Virus record (IMG/VR): IMGVR_UViG_3300045125_000101
Coordinates: 7,823-71,822 of that record
Reading direction: 5' to 3' (one strand)
From: a virus
DNA: 64,000 nucleotides
A program made the translations under genes and the position numbers. Position 1 is the stretch's first letter; every line of letters begins with the position of its first letter. This document shows positions 63,553 to 64,000 of the stretch, piece after piece. Under the pieces are notes generated by a model, which was not told the origin of the DNA, did no database searches, and saw nothing but the letters and a program-made list of their open reading frames with translations.

Positions 63553-64000
63553 TTATAAATACGAGTGTAAATCTATGTTTGTATTTGGCTGTTCTTTGGC
63601 AATATATCTTTCTGCCAATACCCAGTTGTCAATATAAACGTGCGTGGCAAATGGTTCAATATGGTATAAATAGTTTTCGTCTGTGACATCTGTCATCACA
63701 AATCCTATATCCAACTTCTTTGGCATAATAGGATGTTGATATTCATTATTCTGAATCCAACTTTGCCACTTTCTCATATAATATCTGGCAGAACGATTTC
63801 GTATAGCGTGAAACTTGGGGTCTTCTGTTTTCTTTTCTACACCATCTTGAAACTGACCGCCTCTGCAAGTAAAATGATATACAAGAGCATCCCAAGATTG
63901 AATCATATCGCAGCCATTTAATATCATACGCTGAAATATATCAGAATCTTCATAGTATGAGTGCAATGCTTCATCGTGCATTCCTATGTCTGTAAGATTC
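63553..64000 (-). CDS. GT2 glycosyltransferase, C-terminal part (runs off the window)
   Basis: IG.HDE....YEDSD...R....G........VYH. Confidence 0.7.
   Translation of the reverse strand, partial: NLTDIGMHDEALHSYYEDSDIFQRMILNGCDMIQSWDALVYHFTCRGGQFQDGVEKKTEDPKFHAIRNRSARYYMRKWQSWIQNNEYQHPIMPKKLDIGFVMTDVTDENYLYHIEPFATHVYIDNWVLAERYIAKEQPNTNIDLHSYL

Noticed and set aside
1-64000. Widespread pseudogenisation or programmed frameshifting
   Set aside because: Indels hit essential and accessory genes alike, often in homopolymers; consensus error from long reads is the simpler explanation
1-64000. Stop-codon reassignment (alternative genetic code)
   Set aside because: Breaks are frame changes, not in-frame TAG/TGA; long intact ORFs end at normal stops; no suppressor tRNA was seen

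Overview
A 64-kb segment of a large lytic dsDNA (jumbo, broadly T4-like) bacteriophage genome, transcribed mostly from the minus strand. No capsid, terminase or polymerase gene lies in the window, so the taxonomic call is inference from gene content. Many clearly functional genes (thyX, dut, guaC, ligase, methyltransferase) are broken by 1-nt indels. This points to an unpolished long-read consensus rather than real pseudogenes, so many CDS coordinates below join several ORF-track fragments and are approximate. Layout: (1) 1-14.3 kb, an early region of small, often GC-rich genes, each with its own sigma70-like promoter and almost no leader, plus a tRNA cluster with several non-canonical tRNA-like RNAs and an SF2 helicase; (2) 14.3-16.4 kb, a divergence point with two related ncRNA candidates, an IHF-site cluster, ssb and a repeated GGGGTACCTAAA motif (origin or terminus candidate); (3) 16.4-64 kb, AT-rich accessory and metabolic genes: LamG-domain proteins, a DUF1800-DUF1501 operon, glycosyltransferases, thyX, heme oxygenase plus PcyA-like bilin reductase, a DNA ligase fractured by a split intein with an EDxHD homing endonuclease between the halves, an R-M-like pair, RNase Z, a second helicase, guaC, dut and a sulfotransferase. 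The most unusual signals are RNA-level: tRNA mimics, a D-armless tRNA-Arg, a repeated 3' pseudoknot and a paired ncRNA motif. All motif and structure calls were made by eye; no database search was run.
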